In this document: positions 13,482 to 27,769 of the stretch, piece by piece | Numbering within the stretch: position 1 is the first letter of the stretch | Layout: every line of letters starts with the position of its first letter | Assembly (NCBI GenBank): GCA_964188305.1 | Contig: OZ076893.1 | Direction: 5' to 3' (one strand) | Origin: Podarcis bocagei | Lineage: Eukaryota | Length of the DNA: 64,000 nucleotides | Translations under genes and position numbers: made by a program | The notes under the pieces: model-generated | Told to the model about the DNA's origin: nothing | The model's input: the letters and a program-made list of their open reading frames with translations, nothing else | Database searches by the model: none

Positions 13482-14612
13482 GCTTTGGGGGTACAGAGAC
13501 AGATTGTCTGCTGTAGCTGGACTGGGTTGTGGGATGGAAGTTTAGGGAATTCGGCTTGAGATGAAAGCCACTTAGAGGCTGCTGTCAGCAACAATGTCTC
13601 TTGAGTCTTCAGAAACTGTCAACAAGCACCTTTTAAGATCCCAGTGTATCAGTATTTTCTTATGTACATTGTATCCCTTTAATAAACCAGCAATTTTCAT
13701 CCTGTCTATTTTATGCCTATGCCTGAAATTCATGTTGCTAGGTTTTGAAAGCATTCTGAGTTGATGGCAGTGGAAAGTTAAAGTACAGATACATGAATCT
13801 GTGTTTATACAAAATGAGCCAGAGGGAACCTAGAATCCCAGATAGATAACTCTCAGGTAGATACTGGAGCTTAGATCTATATAGAAACACCACCTTCTGA
13901 TCTGGAAGCCCTCTTCCCGAATCCTTGGTGTGGGGGGACTCTTTGTCATTAATCACAAATTAAGCCCTGGCTTAATCTTCCTTAAAAATCAAGTTCATAA
14001 ATGAATAAACACAATGTTCAGCACACCTGCTTCACTTACTCTCATTTTGAACAGACTGTTGATGTACATTTACAGTACCCATCTAGCCTACTTTTTCCAC
14101 TGAGTAGTGTCACTAAAGCAGTGTTTATAAGTATCCACTAGTTGCTTTTACTGTGTGAGAGAATTTGACTTTATAGATTCCATAGTTAACAGTGCCACCT
14201 ACATCTCAAAACCTTGCAACTGATGTTCACATCATTGCTAACCAACTAGCAAAGACACCTCTGAATCAACTTGTTTTTCTGTGACTTTAGTACTCTTGTG
14301 CAGATCCCATCCATATTTCACAGCACTGGCTAACATGCAAGGATGAAGGTGCATGCCTTCAAACAATGGTCCCATTTGACAATATTCTTTGTGGATGCTC
14401 TCATATTCAGTCTTTCCTTACACATATATGCTAAATTCTAGCTGTCCAGCCCTGAGGACGGTTCCAGATAAGGAATTTTTTTATGTGTTTGGCTGCTAAT
14501 ACATGTACAGAAGGTGAGCAAAGTTTGTGCTCCCTGCCCCCCCCCCAAATGCATGTACTTACTTCATTAAAGAAATGGGATAAGTATCTTTTCCAAACCA
14601 TTGTCTTTTATC

Positions 14613-14761
14613 CAGTGCTTTTTAAAAAAAAAAAAATATGTTTAAGGGTACTTTCATTTTCCTACTCATATTGAAATACTACCCCTCAAAGAGGCCAAAC
14701 TTAGATTCACAAAATGTTTAGGGGTATGCGTACCCCTGCGTACCCCCAGAAAAAAGCACTG
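14613..14761. mobile_element. hAT MITE (149 bp)
   Basis: TIR cagtgcttttt/aaaaagcactg with 8-bp TSD CTTTTATC (14605-14612, 14762-14769). Sister copy at 61745-61887. Confidence 0.92.
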
Positions 14762-14774
14762 CTTTTATCTAATC

Positions 14775-15110
14775 CATGATCAGTGCCTGGATGTAATCAT
14801 GGGCTAGATAAGGGCTAATGAACTGTAACTGAATCTTGACAATACAGACACCCTATGAATCAGTGGTTCTCAGGTAGAGGAATTGGGTTGCATACTTGCC
14901 CTGTATGGCATTGCACTCTTTCCAAAGGAGCAAGTGTATGGTTTGGTGTTGTTCCTAGATCAACCACTATCACTGGAGACCCAGGTGACTTCAGTGGCTT
15001 GGAGTGCCCATTGCAAACTGGCTGGCGTGACAACTTTGACTGTTCCTAGACAGGGATAGCCTTGCTGTAGGGGTCCATACATCAATAACCTCCCAATTAG
15101 ACTACTGTAT
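14775..15110 (+). mobile_element. Old L2 LINE RT-region fragment
   Basis: Decayed L2-like coding remnants (…gctaatgaactgtaactgaatcttgacaatacag…, aataacctcccaattagactactgt, roughly ITSQLDYC). Confidence 0.6.
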
Positions 15111-16721
15111 GTGGCTGGTATGGTTTATGTACTACAAAATATGATCCATCAAAGTCAGGTGGATTTACTTCAAAGCATATGAATTTAAAATCGGGCCACT
15201 GGGTCTCCTAAACCTATATAACCATATGCTGGACTGATCTAAAATTAATTTTAAAATCCATTCATATACTACAAAGAGAAGATAACATCTATTGATAATA
15301 CGCAATGACTGTGTATACCCTTAAACTTACTTGTTGGCATCCTTCTCTCTCAAGAGACAATGGTGTGCACCTCCAGTGAAGTCAAACTGCTGCATTAGCA
15401 GCACCAAAGTGACGTTCCCAGGGTGCAAGCCTGGGCTGCTTAGACAATAGCCTTGCTGATGGGGTACAAAGGAAAGCAGTGAAATACGTTTGGTGCAAGC
15501 CTGGCTGCGGGAGTTGCCAGAAGGAGGCGTACAAGACATCAGCTAACCACTTTAGCAATCCACTCCAGATTTGAGTAGGATTTACTCCTCAGCCTTTTCT
15601 TATCTTGAAGATGTCCTGCAAGGTAGCAGAGGTTATGGGCCAGAGTTTTCCTTCTCTTAGATAGGCTACCTTCAAAGGTTGATGAGCCCCATCTGCTCCT
15701 CACTTTATACAGCAGAGACAACCCACCCAAATGGAAATGGGGGAAGGAGATCTGCTCATCCTTAATTACAATATCCTACTACAAGCTGGATCTGATAACC
15801 TATGAAGTCTCTCCCAGTTCTGTGTTTTTATGATTCTGTGTTATTCCATCCAGAGTAGACAAAAAACAAGTCTAACTATGGACGTAAACATTTTCAGTAT
15901 GCCATCTTGCTTTTGTAACCCATCAGCATTTTCAGTAAAGTGTTGAAACCAAAAAAATTGTGAAAATAAAGTGTATTCATTTCCCCTTGCTTCAAAAAAT
16001 ATATAAAATATATAAAATAAAATAAAAAAGAAGCAATAATCCTATCTACTGCTCACATGTCTGTTTGAAAATAGGTCTCTTGAAAATTCTCTTTCATCAT
16101 GCATAAATGTCATTTTGGAAACATTTGTAGGGTTTCAAACTATATTCTTTAAAAAATCATGTATTACTTTAAAGGGTTAAATTGGACAGTTAATTTCAGA
16201 CTTCTTATGCACCATAATATTTTTAGGTCTGAAGTTACATATTAAAAAAATAGTCAGCTGCAGCATAAGAGCATCAGAAAGCTCACTAATCCAACCTTAT
16301 AATGTTTACACTACAAAATATAAATGGCAAGCATGTTTTCTCTATATTAGAAGATAATATTTTCATAGTAATGGAAATATCAGGCAATGTTCAGTGCTGA
16401 CCCACTTGGTTATTTTTACTTTTCCCACCATTTAACACCGCAAAATCATGGCAGAATCATTGCACTGAGCATGAAAAGATGATGCATTTGATGTTAGATA
16501 AAGAAGTAAAAATGGAACTTGTTGAAAATTCTATATCTATTGTATTTGCACACTTCTAGAGAAGGGTTTGATCCACACTTAGTCTTACTTAAAGTACAAG
16601 TATTGAAATCTACCCTAAGTATAACTCCAGTCTAATATGTTCACACATGTATGTGCAACATACATGACTGAAATCTATTTTTGAATATCTATATTCAAAT
16701 GTGCATTTAATAACTTTATTG

Positions 16722-16810
16722 AGGTTGTAATCCTAGTCACAGTTCCCCGAAGCATGCACCATTGAACATAGTGGGACTTACTTCTGAATAAACATCCATA
16801 GCATTGTGCA
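16722..16810. mobile_element. Short palindromic squamate MITE-like repeat
   Basis: Pattern tgcaatcctat...ttacttctgagtaa...ataggattgca. Related copies near 21622-21702, 25184-25268, 32210-32270, 41686-41760 and 41950-42040. Confidence 0.6.
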
Positions 16811-19800
16811 GTTAAGCATATTGACGCACAAAATCTTTACACTGATCTGCAGAATTGACAATCTCACCTATCCACAACCAAAGTGTCATTTAAAATTATT
16901 TGCACTTTGATGGACTGAACTCTCAAGGCATAGGTAACATAGTACATAAAACTCAAATTAAAAATATATATTATTGCTTTTTGCAGTTTTTAAAAGTCAA
17001 GCAGGTTTGCCAAAGGATCTGTTCGTCTGCCTCTGTATTGATACCAAAGCTGATCCAGCTGGGAATACAAAACATCAAACCATCAATAACTAGGATTTTA
17101 TTTCTTCTATATGTGCTGAATGAGGTGAGAAACTTGTGAGGCAATAACTCTCCACAGGAATCAGAACTGTATAATAAATGTGATAAGTCTGGGATTTTAT
17201 CAGATTTATATTAGTATAGCCCATCCCAAAAGATAACACATAGATAGAACTATGCATTTACTGTTAGATCTTCAGTAGGTATGAATCAAAGTATCCAGGG
17301 AAATCAATGGAGTTTGACAACTCATGATCTGTCTCTTCGCCTGTGGCAGTTAGATAAACTAGACCTGTACATCCAGATTACAGCCTTGAAGTCCTCCAGT
17401 TAGATAGCATCACCTGCTTCCATCCTTGGTTCAATCAGAGACCTTCTAAAATGGGACTTGACTTGATGACCTGACAGAATTAGGGGAAATAATATATTTT
17501 ATTTTCAGAGTACAGACCTTGCTTCCTTGTTATGACAACACTGTTTGCCCTGCAGTTTTCTCTGCATATCATGCCTGAATAAAAGCAGATACAGTATACG
17601 ATTATGGAGAGGATTGCTAGAAAACTGGTCACACTAGTCAGGATTTCTTTCTCAGATTATAATACCTTAAAAACCAACAGCTCACAACCACTGGCAGGTA
17701 GAAAACCATATATATATAGGATGATGAGTAAGTTAGAAAAGTAGCGGCTATAACTGCAAATGTAATAAAACAAATATAGGAGCTTAAATAAAGAGAAATG
17801 AAAAATGAAATTTTTGAAAGTGAAAACATAGTAACCATGTGAGCTAAAAAGAAAGCAGTGACAAACATTCCAGAAAAGTGGTTAACAATTTAGAAAAATA
17901 ACAATGTGAAAAAAGAATTTAAAATACATAAAAGTTTTGCACAGAGTAATCAATATAAATAAAAGTTTAAAGTAATATTGAAATGTTTTATTAAAAGAAA
18001 AAGGGTTAGAATATGGCCACACCAAAAGTAGGAACAAAATATACAAACTGCCCCCCCCCCAAAAAAAAACCACACCAAGATGTGCACACCCTCAGTTCAG
18101 CTAGTTCATTCTTTATTCAAAAGTTATCAGAATTTTGAAAGAGGATACAGCTGCTTGTCAAATTGTCAGTGGAGAAGACCTTTGACTGAGGCGCTGGTCC
18201 TCATGTCTCCTATCATAGACAATAAATCACATTTTAAATTAATGCATTGGCACTAACTCTCTGTTACTGCTATCAAATTCTCTCCTCTGATCCAGCTCCA
18301 TAGCTAAATAACTTGAACTTTCTGAACCAGATTGTGGTAATAGCAAGTCGGGTCTCAAACTTCTACATGACAGGTTTGAGCTGATTCTCTTTCTCTTACA
18401 ACTTGTGACTGTGCTGGAGGCATCAATCTTGTAATGTCAGCACTAGATGACCTAATCGTCTACATCTATGATTCTGCAATGCAGCAGCTGTACAGCAGTT
18501 TGTTGTAAACAGGTTCATTGTCTCCATTCTTTTCCCAGTGGACAACCGTCTCTTTCCCAAAACCATTGCAGTAACAAACTCTTAATTGGCACCTTTGCTA
18601 GCAGTCTCAAAGAAAGCAAAGGGCAGTTCATTAGGTCCAGCAGTCCTGTACCAATGGCAGTTGAAGCGCTAGACAGGCAAAAAGCCCTTGATGACCTTTT
18701 GTCTACTTTGTACAGCTTTGCTCCTGGCCCTCTCAAGCCCAACACACCTTTTTGTTTTTTTTGCCATTGCTACAACATGGATCAGTTCTGGTAATTTGCA
18801 CTCAGCTGCAGATTGAATGGGACTATACTGACAAACCGGAATCACTGGCAAATCACAGCACATCCTGGATATAATCCTAATTGTATGGTATGGAAGGAAA
18901 AAATAGAGTGTCAAAGTAGGCACCCCAATAGCCACTTTTGAAAAGACATGGAATCTCAAATCTTTCCCCTCTTGCCCACAGCATATTTAGACACATTAGC
19001 AAGTAATAAACAGCAAAGCCTAAATACTTTAGGACAGGTTACCTGAAGGACCATTCTCTCCAGTATGAACCAACCCGCCTATTAAAAAGTTCAGGAGAAG
19101 CTCTCTTCTGCATTCTGCCCACATCAGATGTGCATTTGGTGTAGATGCTAGAGAGAACCTCCTCTGTGGCTGTGCACAGGCTCTGCCATTTCTGTCCCTC
19201 TTTGATGGCATTCCACTTACAAGAGCAGACATTATTTCAGCAGGCCTTTGGCCTGTTGAGTTAAATATTCTGTACCCTGCTGCATTGACTTCACCCCCCA
19301 AAGGCACACTCTTCCATTGCCTCCCAAGACAGATGGATGCCAGCAACAACCATGCTGCATTGACTACTGGCTTTCATTCTTAACTGGCTAGTGTTTTGTG
19401 TGTGAGTGAGTTTTATTATTGCTAGTCACCTTGGGCATTTAGCATGGAAAAGCTGAGTATGGTTTTTCATAGTTAATGTAATCAATACTGATATATATTG
19501 ATATATATTGCTATGTTGCTAGCAAAGATGCTATTAGGAACTTTGGTGCTGTCCTTCTCTAACACATGTTGTCAGGAACTCTGAAGCTAGACACCCCTCA
19601 CATATCTGATATGATTTATACATTGTGCACTATGCATCATATGTATGCGAGGCTTTAAGAAGTAGTTTCTGGTGGATGTTAAAAAGTAAAGGTTCAGAGA
19701 ACTCCTTTGTCAAACAAAGCCCTGCCAGTGTTCCGGTTGCAGGCTGATACTGGCTAGAGAACCCTGCTCCAGAAGTGACTGAATCTGACTGTTTATAACT

Positions 19801-19949
19801 TGAATTCTATTTTTTACTTTCCCACCTTTCTACACTCAGTATCCAAAGCAGCTAAGAAGGTAAATGAAAACAATGCAAACAACTGTCCAAGATTAAAATA
19901 TTATATAAAACAAATTAAAGTAGCGGGAGCCAAAACTGGATGCTAAACT

Positions 19950-20030
19950 GGGGAAGGAGCATAACTTAGTGATAGAGCACATGCTCTGCATGCAAAATGT
20001 CCCAAGTTGAATCCTTGGGAAAGACCTCTC
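19950..20030 (+). mobile_element. tRNA-derived SINE head, decayed
   Basis: Decayed A box (taacttagtgatagagc) and B box (agttgaatcc). Confidence 0.55.
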
Positions 20031-22468
20031 TGAGAACAATGTAGTTTCAAAGCTTTGGCACGGCTGGGGGCGTATCCACACTTTCGTTTGTCCTGTGTTT
20101 TCTTTCACGTGTTGCAGGGCAAATTAGTACCACCACAAGTATTGTCCAGGATTCTGGGTCCTCATGCCACACCTCAGTCCATACTTTTTCAAGGAGGCAA
20201 CCCTGAAAATATGCAATATCCTCTCCTTACCTGAGTACACAGTGCACACTGCTAGTGTGCTCTTTCAACTCCTCCTGTTGACCTGGAGGCGGAGGAGGAA
20301 GAGCTGAACAGCAAATGCTCATCAGTGGAAGAGGAGTTCACAACCCTGCCCAGTTTGGAGATAATATTTTGCGTTTCCAAATGGGTGCTAGCTCTTGAAA
20401 AGTTGAAGGCCATCAGTTGTAACTCAAACTCATAACAAACCATCAATATTAGCAAATGCTGTTTGCAATGGTGGGTACTGTCCATTGGGACTGGTGGGGC
20501 ATAAGGCAGCAAGTCAACAATGATTGCAGTCAAAGCCACTGACTGATGCAACCACAACCAATGACAGGCAGAGCCAACTTAGTCTAGTTTTGTCCCCATT
20601 CTCCTCCCTATTGAGTTGTACAAGGGTAACACTAAGACTAAAAATGAGGAAGCTGGCAAACAGTTCCACACACTGGATTGACTATAAGAGAAAGCAGGCA
20701 GGTGGGGCTGGCTGAGGGCAGCCTGAAATTGCTGGGGCAGTGCCCCAGTCATTCTAATAGACCAGCCTCCACTGTTTATCTCTTTGAACACACTGTCTGC
20801 ACAGTGTGAAAATACTGCATCTTTTTAATGATCCACACCTGCCACCCAAAATAATACTTTAGACCCTGGGCAGGTGGTACTAAGCAGGTGGTGTACGTAA
20901 TGGCAAAGAAAGACATCACTTTCACAAGGAAATAATTAAATATTTTCAATAGAAGGTGTTGAAAGTTGGTAACTTTGTGACCTCCAGTTCTGAATGATAC
21001 CACATTAGGCCAGCTTCAGAAGAAGGCTCTTTTAAATAAAGCAATAAAGATATTTATTCAAACAAACAAAAAATTAAGCTGACTGAATAAAGGGGTGTGT
21101 TTGTAAGTAGGCAGTTAACTAACTGGCAGCATTACTGTTAATACAATGTGCAACTTAGTCAATGTGTATGTTTGCTTAAAAAATATTTGCCCAAACACAG
21201 TTTTATTAGTTTACCCAAACTGCATTAGTGATAAGGAAATGTAAGAAAATGTTCTACCAAAGAAAAGTAATTTTAAGTAGTGTACAAGAAAAGGCTTCAT
21301 AGCACTGTTTCATCTGATTTTGCACTAGAGCACTCAGTTGATCTTATTACAAGATGCATAACAGCAGAGTTTACCTTTTCTCTGTTATCCTACAAGAAAC
21401 TTCCAGTAGAGGGAGTTGGACATTTCTACTGAAATTTCTTTGAGGGAGTTTTCACGTCACTGTGATGAAGATCCAGAGATCAGCAAGGGAATGGTTGTGG
21501 AAGTGTAATGCTTTTCTGAATGCCATTTAAATAGTGTCACAAGATAAAACACATGCAAGGTAAGCCATATATATTCCAACCTACAGCTTGCTTTAAATGT
21601 TTTGCAATCTATCAGCAACCCAGTCTTCTGCACGTTTACTTGGGAGTATGCCTAATTCTCTTCTGTGAGGCTTATTTCCTATGTAACTGCATGAGATTGC
21701 AACATAAGGCAAATGGATGCATTAACCACTGCAATGTGGGAGCCAGTTCCTTGCAATTTTCTCCACACCACTTTGTTAATGTTTCGATCCAGGAACTAGA
21801 GTGGGTTAATAGCATGATTCTTTAACACCTAATCATCAGTGAGATCAATGGGTGTTTGAAGGGCTAACTGATCTAAACCCTGGACCAGCACATTACAGGG
21901 ATTAAGGACTGTGGAAGTGAATGAGTGAAATACTCTCTATGGGAAGAGAGCAAATTGTTTGTACAGGAGGGGAGGATGTAACAGTGCTCATCTCTCCTCT
22001 AGGGACCTGTAATTTCCTTGAACTAGCATTACTACTTTTAACTTGCCACACAGTCTTTGCTGATATTTAATCCTCATTTCATGTATAAACTTGATTGAAG
22101 CAAGGGAGGCAGTCACAAGTGGGACACAATGTGCTTCTTTATTAGGGACAAGTCCAATGTTAATGGGGCATCTGTATGCTGGGTGAGGGCATCAATATGG
22201 TCCAGGGCCCTGTGATTCTTACCTCTTGGAATGATGCATTGAATAAAATGAGTGTCTAACAGCTGTACATCCTGGTCTATGGACAAACCCCACCTGTCCA
22301 AGTGCTTACCCCTGCTTCAGAACCTATACACTATGAAGAAATGCTGCCCAGCCACACCCCCTGAAGTTCTGAATGAAGCCACCTCATAGACTTTGCCCTA
22401 AAGCTTGTCTCCACACTCAGGACCACTTTAACACCCTAAGGTTCCATTAGTCTGTGTTTGCCTAGTGT

Positions 22469-22621
22469 CAGTGGCAGATTGGGGGCTCTCAAATTTCAGT
22501 ACACTGCTAAAATTTGGCACCCCCGCCTCTCACACTCTGTTCTACAGCACTGTTGTGGCTCCCCATGCAGCACAGCACCCAGTGTGGCCAAACCGGTTGC
22601 ACTACCCTAAAACTGCCTCTG
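22469..22621. mobile_element. hAT-like MITE
   Basis: Termini cagtggcagatt...aactgcctctg flanked by the CTAGTGT direct repeat. Related element at ~31465-31610. Confidence 0.65.
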
Positions 22622-23967
22622 CTAGTGTGGCCATGTGGTTTACTTTATAGATGACAGTTCTCTGCCTGAAGGAGTCGTCCGTTTGAAGGGGTGTCTGGTC
22701 CAACTCTAGTTTAAAGATAAAGAACTATAAGCAGAGCAGGGGCCTTGAAGTTGTCCATCAACAGTTAACACCTGGACAGCAGGCTGAGCAGGCACATAGG
22801 TCATAGTCTTCCCTACAATGGTGAAATACAATGTAATTCTATTTAAACCATGAAAATATATGCAAACATTACACAAATCTGTGTCCTCTTTTGCCATCTT
22901 TTTTGGCTATGTATAAGCTGGCACTCTATCAATGAAGCATCAAGATTTCAAACCCAGGACCCTTATCTCCCAACAGATCCTATTATTCTCCCAGTGGACA
23001 GGATCTGGGGTATAAAATGCCAGAATTGAAGGCTCTAAGGAACTACATCCAGAAGTACCTTTAAAAGAAAGTTTTTCAGGTGAATCTACTTCCCTAGCTT
23101 GGCCCCTCGATTACTCATAGGGGGATTTGTTCTTTTTGGCTAAGCATATTGAAAACATCTCCCTGTTGGCTGATGTGATTATGACATCAATGGTCTGTTC
23201 TTCCAGATACTGTTTATCACTCTACAGCTATTGAACTGGATTTTCACACTCCTGCCTTCATTGATTGCTGTCACCTGGCAGGCCCCCAAGTCCTTGTCAT
23301 CAGCATGAGAAAGCTGCAATGCTTATGTGGAGGGAAGATGGGAAAATACTTTCTTAGGGACCCTGATGGAGGCTGAGTTTGTTTTCTGTTTTTTAGCCTT
23401 TCCTCCTTTTGTTGTGGTCCTAAGCCAGAGCTGGCCTCCTGCACCTGCTCCTTGCATTGGATGAAAAGCTCCAGCTGTACCCATGGAAGCATTCCTTTCT
23501 ATGTAAATTGATTTAGAGGACCCAATCCAGATTGGGATTATAGCAGGAGGGCAAAGGATTAAAGCTGCCAGCTCTTCCAGAATCCTGGGATGGCTTCCCC
23601 CAAACTCTCACACCTGCAATTTACCTTTGGGGGGGGGGACCTAATTCATGCAATTATTGGTTCTTTCAATATTGGAATGCCTAGTTTGACTTTCAGCTGG
23701 ATTTTTGCTGTCTCTCTCCTTTTGCTGGGATACTAACTGGGACGTAACATAGGGGACACAGCTTGCATGTGCTTAAGGAGCTGCACTGGCTTCCAAACAA
23801 TTTCTACGAACAATCATAATCCTTATACTTATCTTTAAAGTTCTATGTGGCTTAGGACCTGGTTACCTGAAGGACAGGGCAGCCCACCCATGAAGCAACG
23901 TGGGGAAACTGCCTCAGGTGGCAAGATCCACAGGGGCAGCAGATCCAGCCTCCAAGGAATGCATTGC

Positions 23968-23970
<3 letters not shown>

Positions 23971-24015
<45 letters not shown>
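23971..24015. repeat. (CTG)15 trinucleotide repeat
   Basis: Perfect run; the source of spurious polyL/C/S ORFs. Confidence 0.98.
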
Positions 24016-24016
<1 letters not shown>

Positions 24017-24559
24017 AGTGGCAGCAATGACTGCAGTGTGTTCCTTGGAACTGGATCTGCCGCCTCATCAGAGCCCCCAGTTCCACTTCTACAGTGGCCT
24101 CTCAGTGAATAGAAGGTGCTGCTAGTCTCCTCTCACATACAGGGAGGAAATAGTAGGGACTGCCCTCTGTGGTCTCAGCTGACTGGCATTGTCTTCATGT
24201 TCTGCTTTCAGGAGGGAATCAGCTACTCTCAGGAGCTCTGTCTGGGTGCTCCAGAGTAAAACCAATCCCAGTGGGGCTTGCATTTGGTGCCAAATTTAAA
24301 ATGTTCCAAATACAAGCCCTGTTTGCCAAGGGACAATCAGAAGTACGTTTCATGCTTCCAGCTGTTCCTTTGCAGCTGCCTCTTTACCTGTTCTGCAGTT
24401 GACATCATTTAGGATATCAGGTGTGGGGTGTGTGTGGGCTTGTGGAAAACAGTTCCATGGGTCAACCTGGGACCCACAAGTCAGAAGTCGTCGTCATCCC
24501 CCTGTTTTAACACATACCTACCTGTGGGCCTTTTGGGGAGGGGGTTACTGACATAGAAA

Positions 24560-24688
24560 AGAATCATAGAACTGTAGAGGTGGAAGGGACCTTGAGGGTC
24601 ATCTAGTCCAACCCCCTGCATTGGAAGTATCTTTCGTCCAATGGGGGTTACGAACCCACAATCCTGTGATAAAGAATCTCATGCTTTA
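24560..24688 (-). mobile_element. tRNA-Lys-derived SINE with CR1-like tail
   Basis: agaatcatagaactgtagag...ccccctgca...gaacccaca. Same family as 27444-27588 and 35040-35187. Confidence 0.8.
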
Positions 24689-25962
24689 ATACTCTTATTT
24701 TAACACTATAAATCAACTTGGAAACTCTTTTGAGGGCTGAAATGCGTTACAAAAATGATTTTTTATATAAACAAACAAACAAATATGGTTGGAATCTCAA
24801 TAGGTATAGGTTGACAAGCAGACCAGTGATATCAAAATAGTCATAGTAATGTCAATCTCCCCTGTTTCCAACCAAACTTTAAAAGCACATATTGTTGAAA
24901 CTTTTAAGAACTATGGGAACAAATCTTGTTCCTCTAGCTATTAGGTATGTAATTGATCAAATTATGGGATGGACACTGAAATCTGAGAGATAGGAACAAT
25001 CTCTATCAGAACCATTGCTGGTGGGAAGCCTTATCCTTTAGTGCAATTATAACTGAAGCGATTAGGCTTATACAAATAGCACTTTAGAGTGAAAGTATTA
25101 AATCGGTGGTAGTGAGAATAGCAGTAAAAGTAGCATGAAACTGAGATTCTGACATACCAGATGGGATTAATAATAAAGGCTTAGGGTGCAATCCTATACC
25201 CACTTAACCTGAGAGTGAGCCCCACTAAACTCAATGGAACTTACTTTTGTATAGGCATGTATAGAATAGTTGCCATACTAAGATGACTAATAATTATTGA
25301 AGTAGATGCTGCAATGGTACTTTGGGCCATCTTTTTCTGGTATACGCTTCTATAGTTCAGCTCTTCTGTCAGAGCACGATAGATTCTGAATGAAGAGAGA
25401 GATTTGGCACTTGCCTTCATAATAACCTTGCACTTTACAGCTACTCCCAGTAAAAATAAATAAATTGGCAGTTTTGTGAATAGTGTCCGAGGTTGTGCTC
25501 AGACTATAAACTGAATTTGAGTCATGCTACGCTAAGATTGAGTCTTGGAGCTGTTTTCAGCAGATGATCTAATAAGGAATAGTAGTTTGTGCAGGTGCAA
25601 AATGCTATTTCCTTACTATTGATTAACCACAACTGCCCCCACTCATCTTAGTTTGGTGCGGGCTTCCAGATCACAGGGTTCAAATTCAGAGCAAACTAGC
25701 CCTAGCACTTTTTATGTCACAAACTAAACACTTCCAGTGCAACAGAAGTGACCCAAACTCTTTTTTTATTAGTTCTATTTAACTTTGACTGAGAAGGTAT
25801 TCCACTTTGTTCAGTATTCTGTGTGTTTGTCTATGTATCAGCAGTACCAACATATACAGTAGATCTGCATTTTTTTATGTCTGTACATCTACATAAGAAA
25901 AATTAACAACACTAAATGAGAAAACTTTGGTGTGGATAGTATCAAGTCTCTTCTGTGTTTAC

Positions 25963-26200
25963 AGAATCGTAGTGCTATAAGGGACCTCAAAGACCATCTG
26001 GTCCAATCCATTGCTGATGCAAGAACTTTACTACTAATTAGTAGCCCATCCAGCCTCTGCTTAGGAACCTCCTATGAAAAAGAAGAGTCCACCACTTTTC
26101 AGGGCAACCTGTTCCATTATCAAATAGCTCAAAATAAGGATGCTCTTCCCAACATTTAGTTGAAATTCTGTTTCTCGTAATTTGAAGGCATTAGTTTGGG
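25963..26200 (-). mobile_element. Old CR1 LINE 3' fragment
   Basis: Reverse-complement similarity to the CR1 3' end at 59580-59830. Confidence 0.65.
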
Positions 26201-27443
26201 TCTGTGAAGAAATCCTGTTTATTTGAATTAAGTTTTAATAAGTATCATGTAATGTGTTATTACATTTTGTATTGTGACATACATTGGTAATGTATTGGAT
26301 GTGTGTGTCTGGTCTGGAGAAAGTCAGTTTAACAGTAGCTTGGGGCCTTAACTGACAGCTGTGAGGAAGGGTTGCTGTTAGAATTCTCAGTGTGCAAAAG
26401 AATGAGAGTAGTAGTACCAAGTCATGTTTGTTTGTGTCACATTAGTAAGATACTGTGGACTCCAATGAAAAAGTGGGCGTGTTTTCTCTCTGTGTTTGTG
26501 TTCCAGTGTCTTTCTGGGTGGTGACATGTCAGGGTCAATGCATATGAGAGCATATTGAGGGGATTTCCCCCTGATGTATTTTATATCTCTACATCAATAG
26601 ATATGTGTATGCCCATCACAGTCTGTACCAGCATCATTTTCTGTTAGTATAAGAGCCATTTCACATATTGCACTTTGCTGAATTAGACCACAGACCCCCA
26701 ACCCTAACCTCTTCCCACATTATCCACATGCTCCTAACCCCAAGGTTCACAAATTGAGCATGAGCACCTGAAGGAAGCAAATGCATGGAGAACAATTGTG
26801 GGGAACCTGAAACCTTTTAAATGCTGTCAAACTCCTATGCCCAGTGGCTCCAGCAAACATGACCAATGATCAGGATTGATGAGTTGTAGTCCAACATCTG
26901 GAGGCTTGCCGGTTCTTCACTCCTGACATAGAGCTTCTACACATGTAGAAGCATGTAAGCTTCTACACAGTCTGGAACTCTAATGCCACATGGTTCCAGA
27001 GTGCATGGAAGCCAAGCAACCAGAATTCTACATGTGTCAGATTCCCTGCTCAGATACTCTCCATATGTCAATGTTGGGGGTTGGGTTGCACATCATTAAG
27101 GGTGGAGGAACCAGCAGTGTGTCGATCGCTGTTTATGGGGATAACATGTGAAACAGTTTCCTCCAGCATTCCGTTTCCAACAGCAACCTGCCAGATGCCT
27201 AGAAGCTCACAAGAGGTACATGAAGATGACATGCAATTCCTGCTGTTTGCTCCCAACATCTGGTACTCTGGTACATCATTGCCTCTGAGCACCAAATGTC
27301 CATGTCCACACCTGCCTTTCCATGCAGGACTCCACAAGCAGGTTATCCCATGAGGTGATTGTATTGGTGTTTGTGTTTTGCTGGGCATACAGATGTGTGT
27401 GAATCACACACGCGTACAACCAGCACATGGGACAAGGAACACG

Positions 27444-27588
27444 TGGGATGGCTCAGTTGGTAGGGCATGAGGCAGTTGATCTCAGGGTCGTGGGTTCGAG
27501 CTCCACGTTGGACAAAAGATTCCTGCATTGCAGGGGGTTGGACTAGATTACGCTCGTGCTCCCTTCCAACCCTACAGTTCTATGATTC
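27444..27588 (+). mobile_element. tRNA-Lys-derived SINE with CR1-like tail
   Basis: A box tggctcagttgg and B box ggttcgagctcc, then cctgcattgcagggggttggactagat...ctatgattc, shared with CR1 3' ends. Confidence 0.85.
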
Positions 27589-27769
27589 ATGGTCCCACCT
27601 CTCCCCCCCCCCCCAACCGCAACGATTGTTAGAGCGTTCCGTGCTCCCAAAGCATGCATTGTGACGCAGCGCTGATTCTGTCGGCTTGTGCTCTGTTTGT
27701 GCCACAATCCTTGGTTGAGTCAATCTAGTTGCAAAGCCATTCTCTGGTTTGGGATGTGTCAACATCACC

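Noticed and set aside
17640-18070. A-rich stretch resembling a decayed L1 3' end
   Set aside because: Too degenerate to support; no TSD or clear motif.
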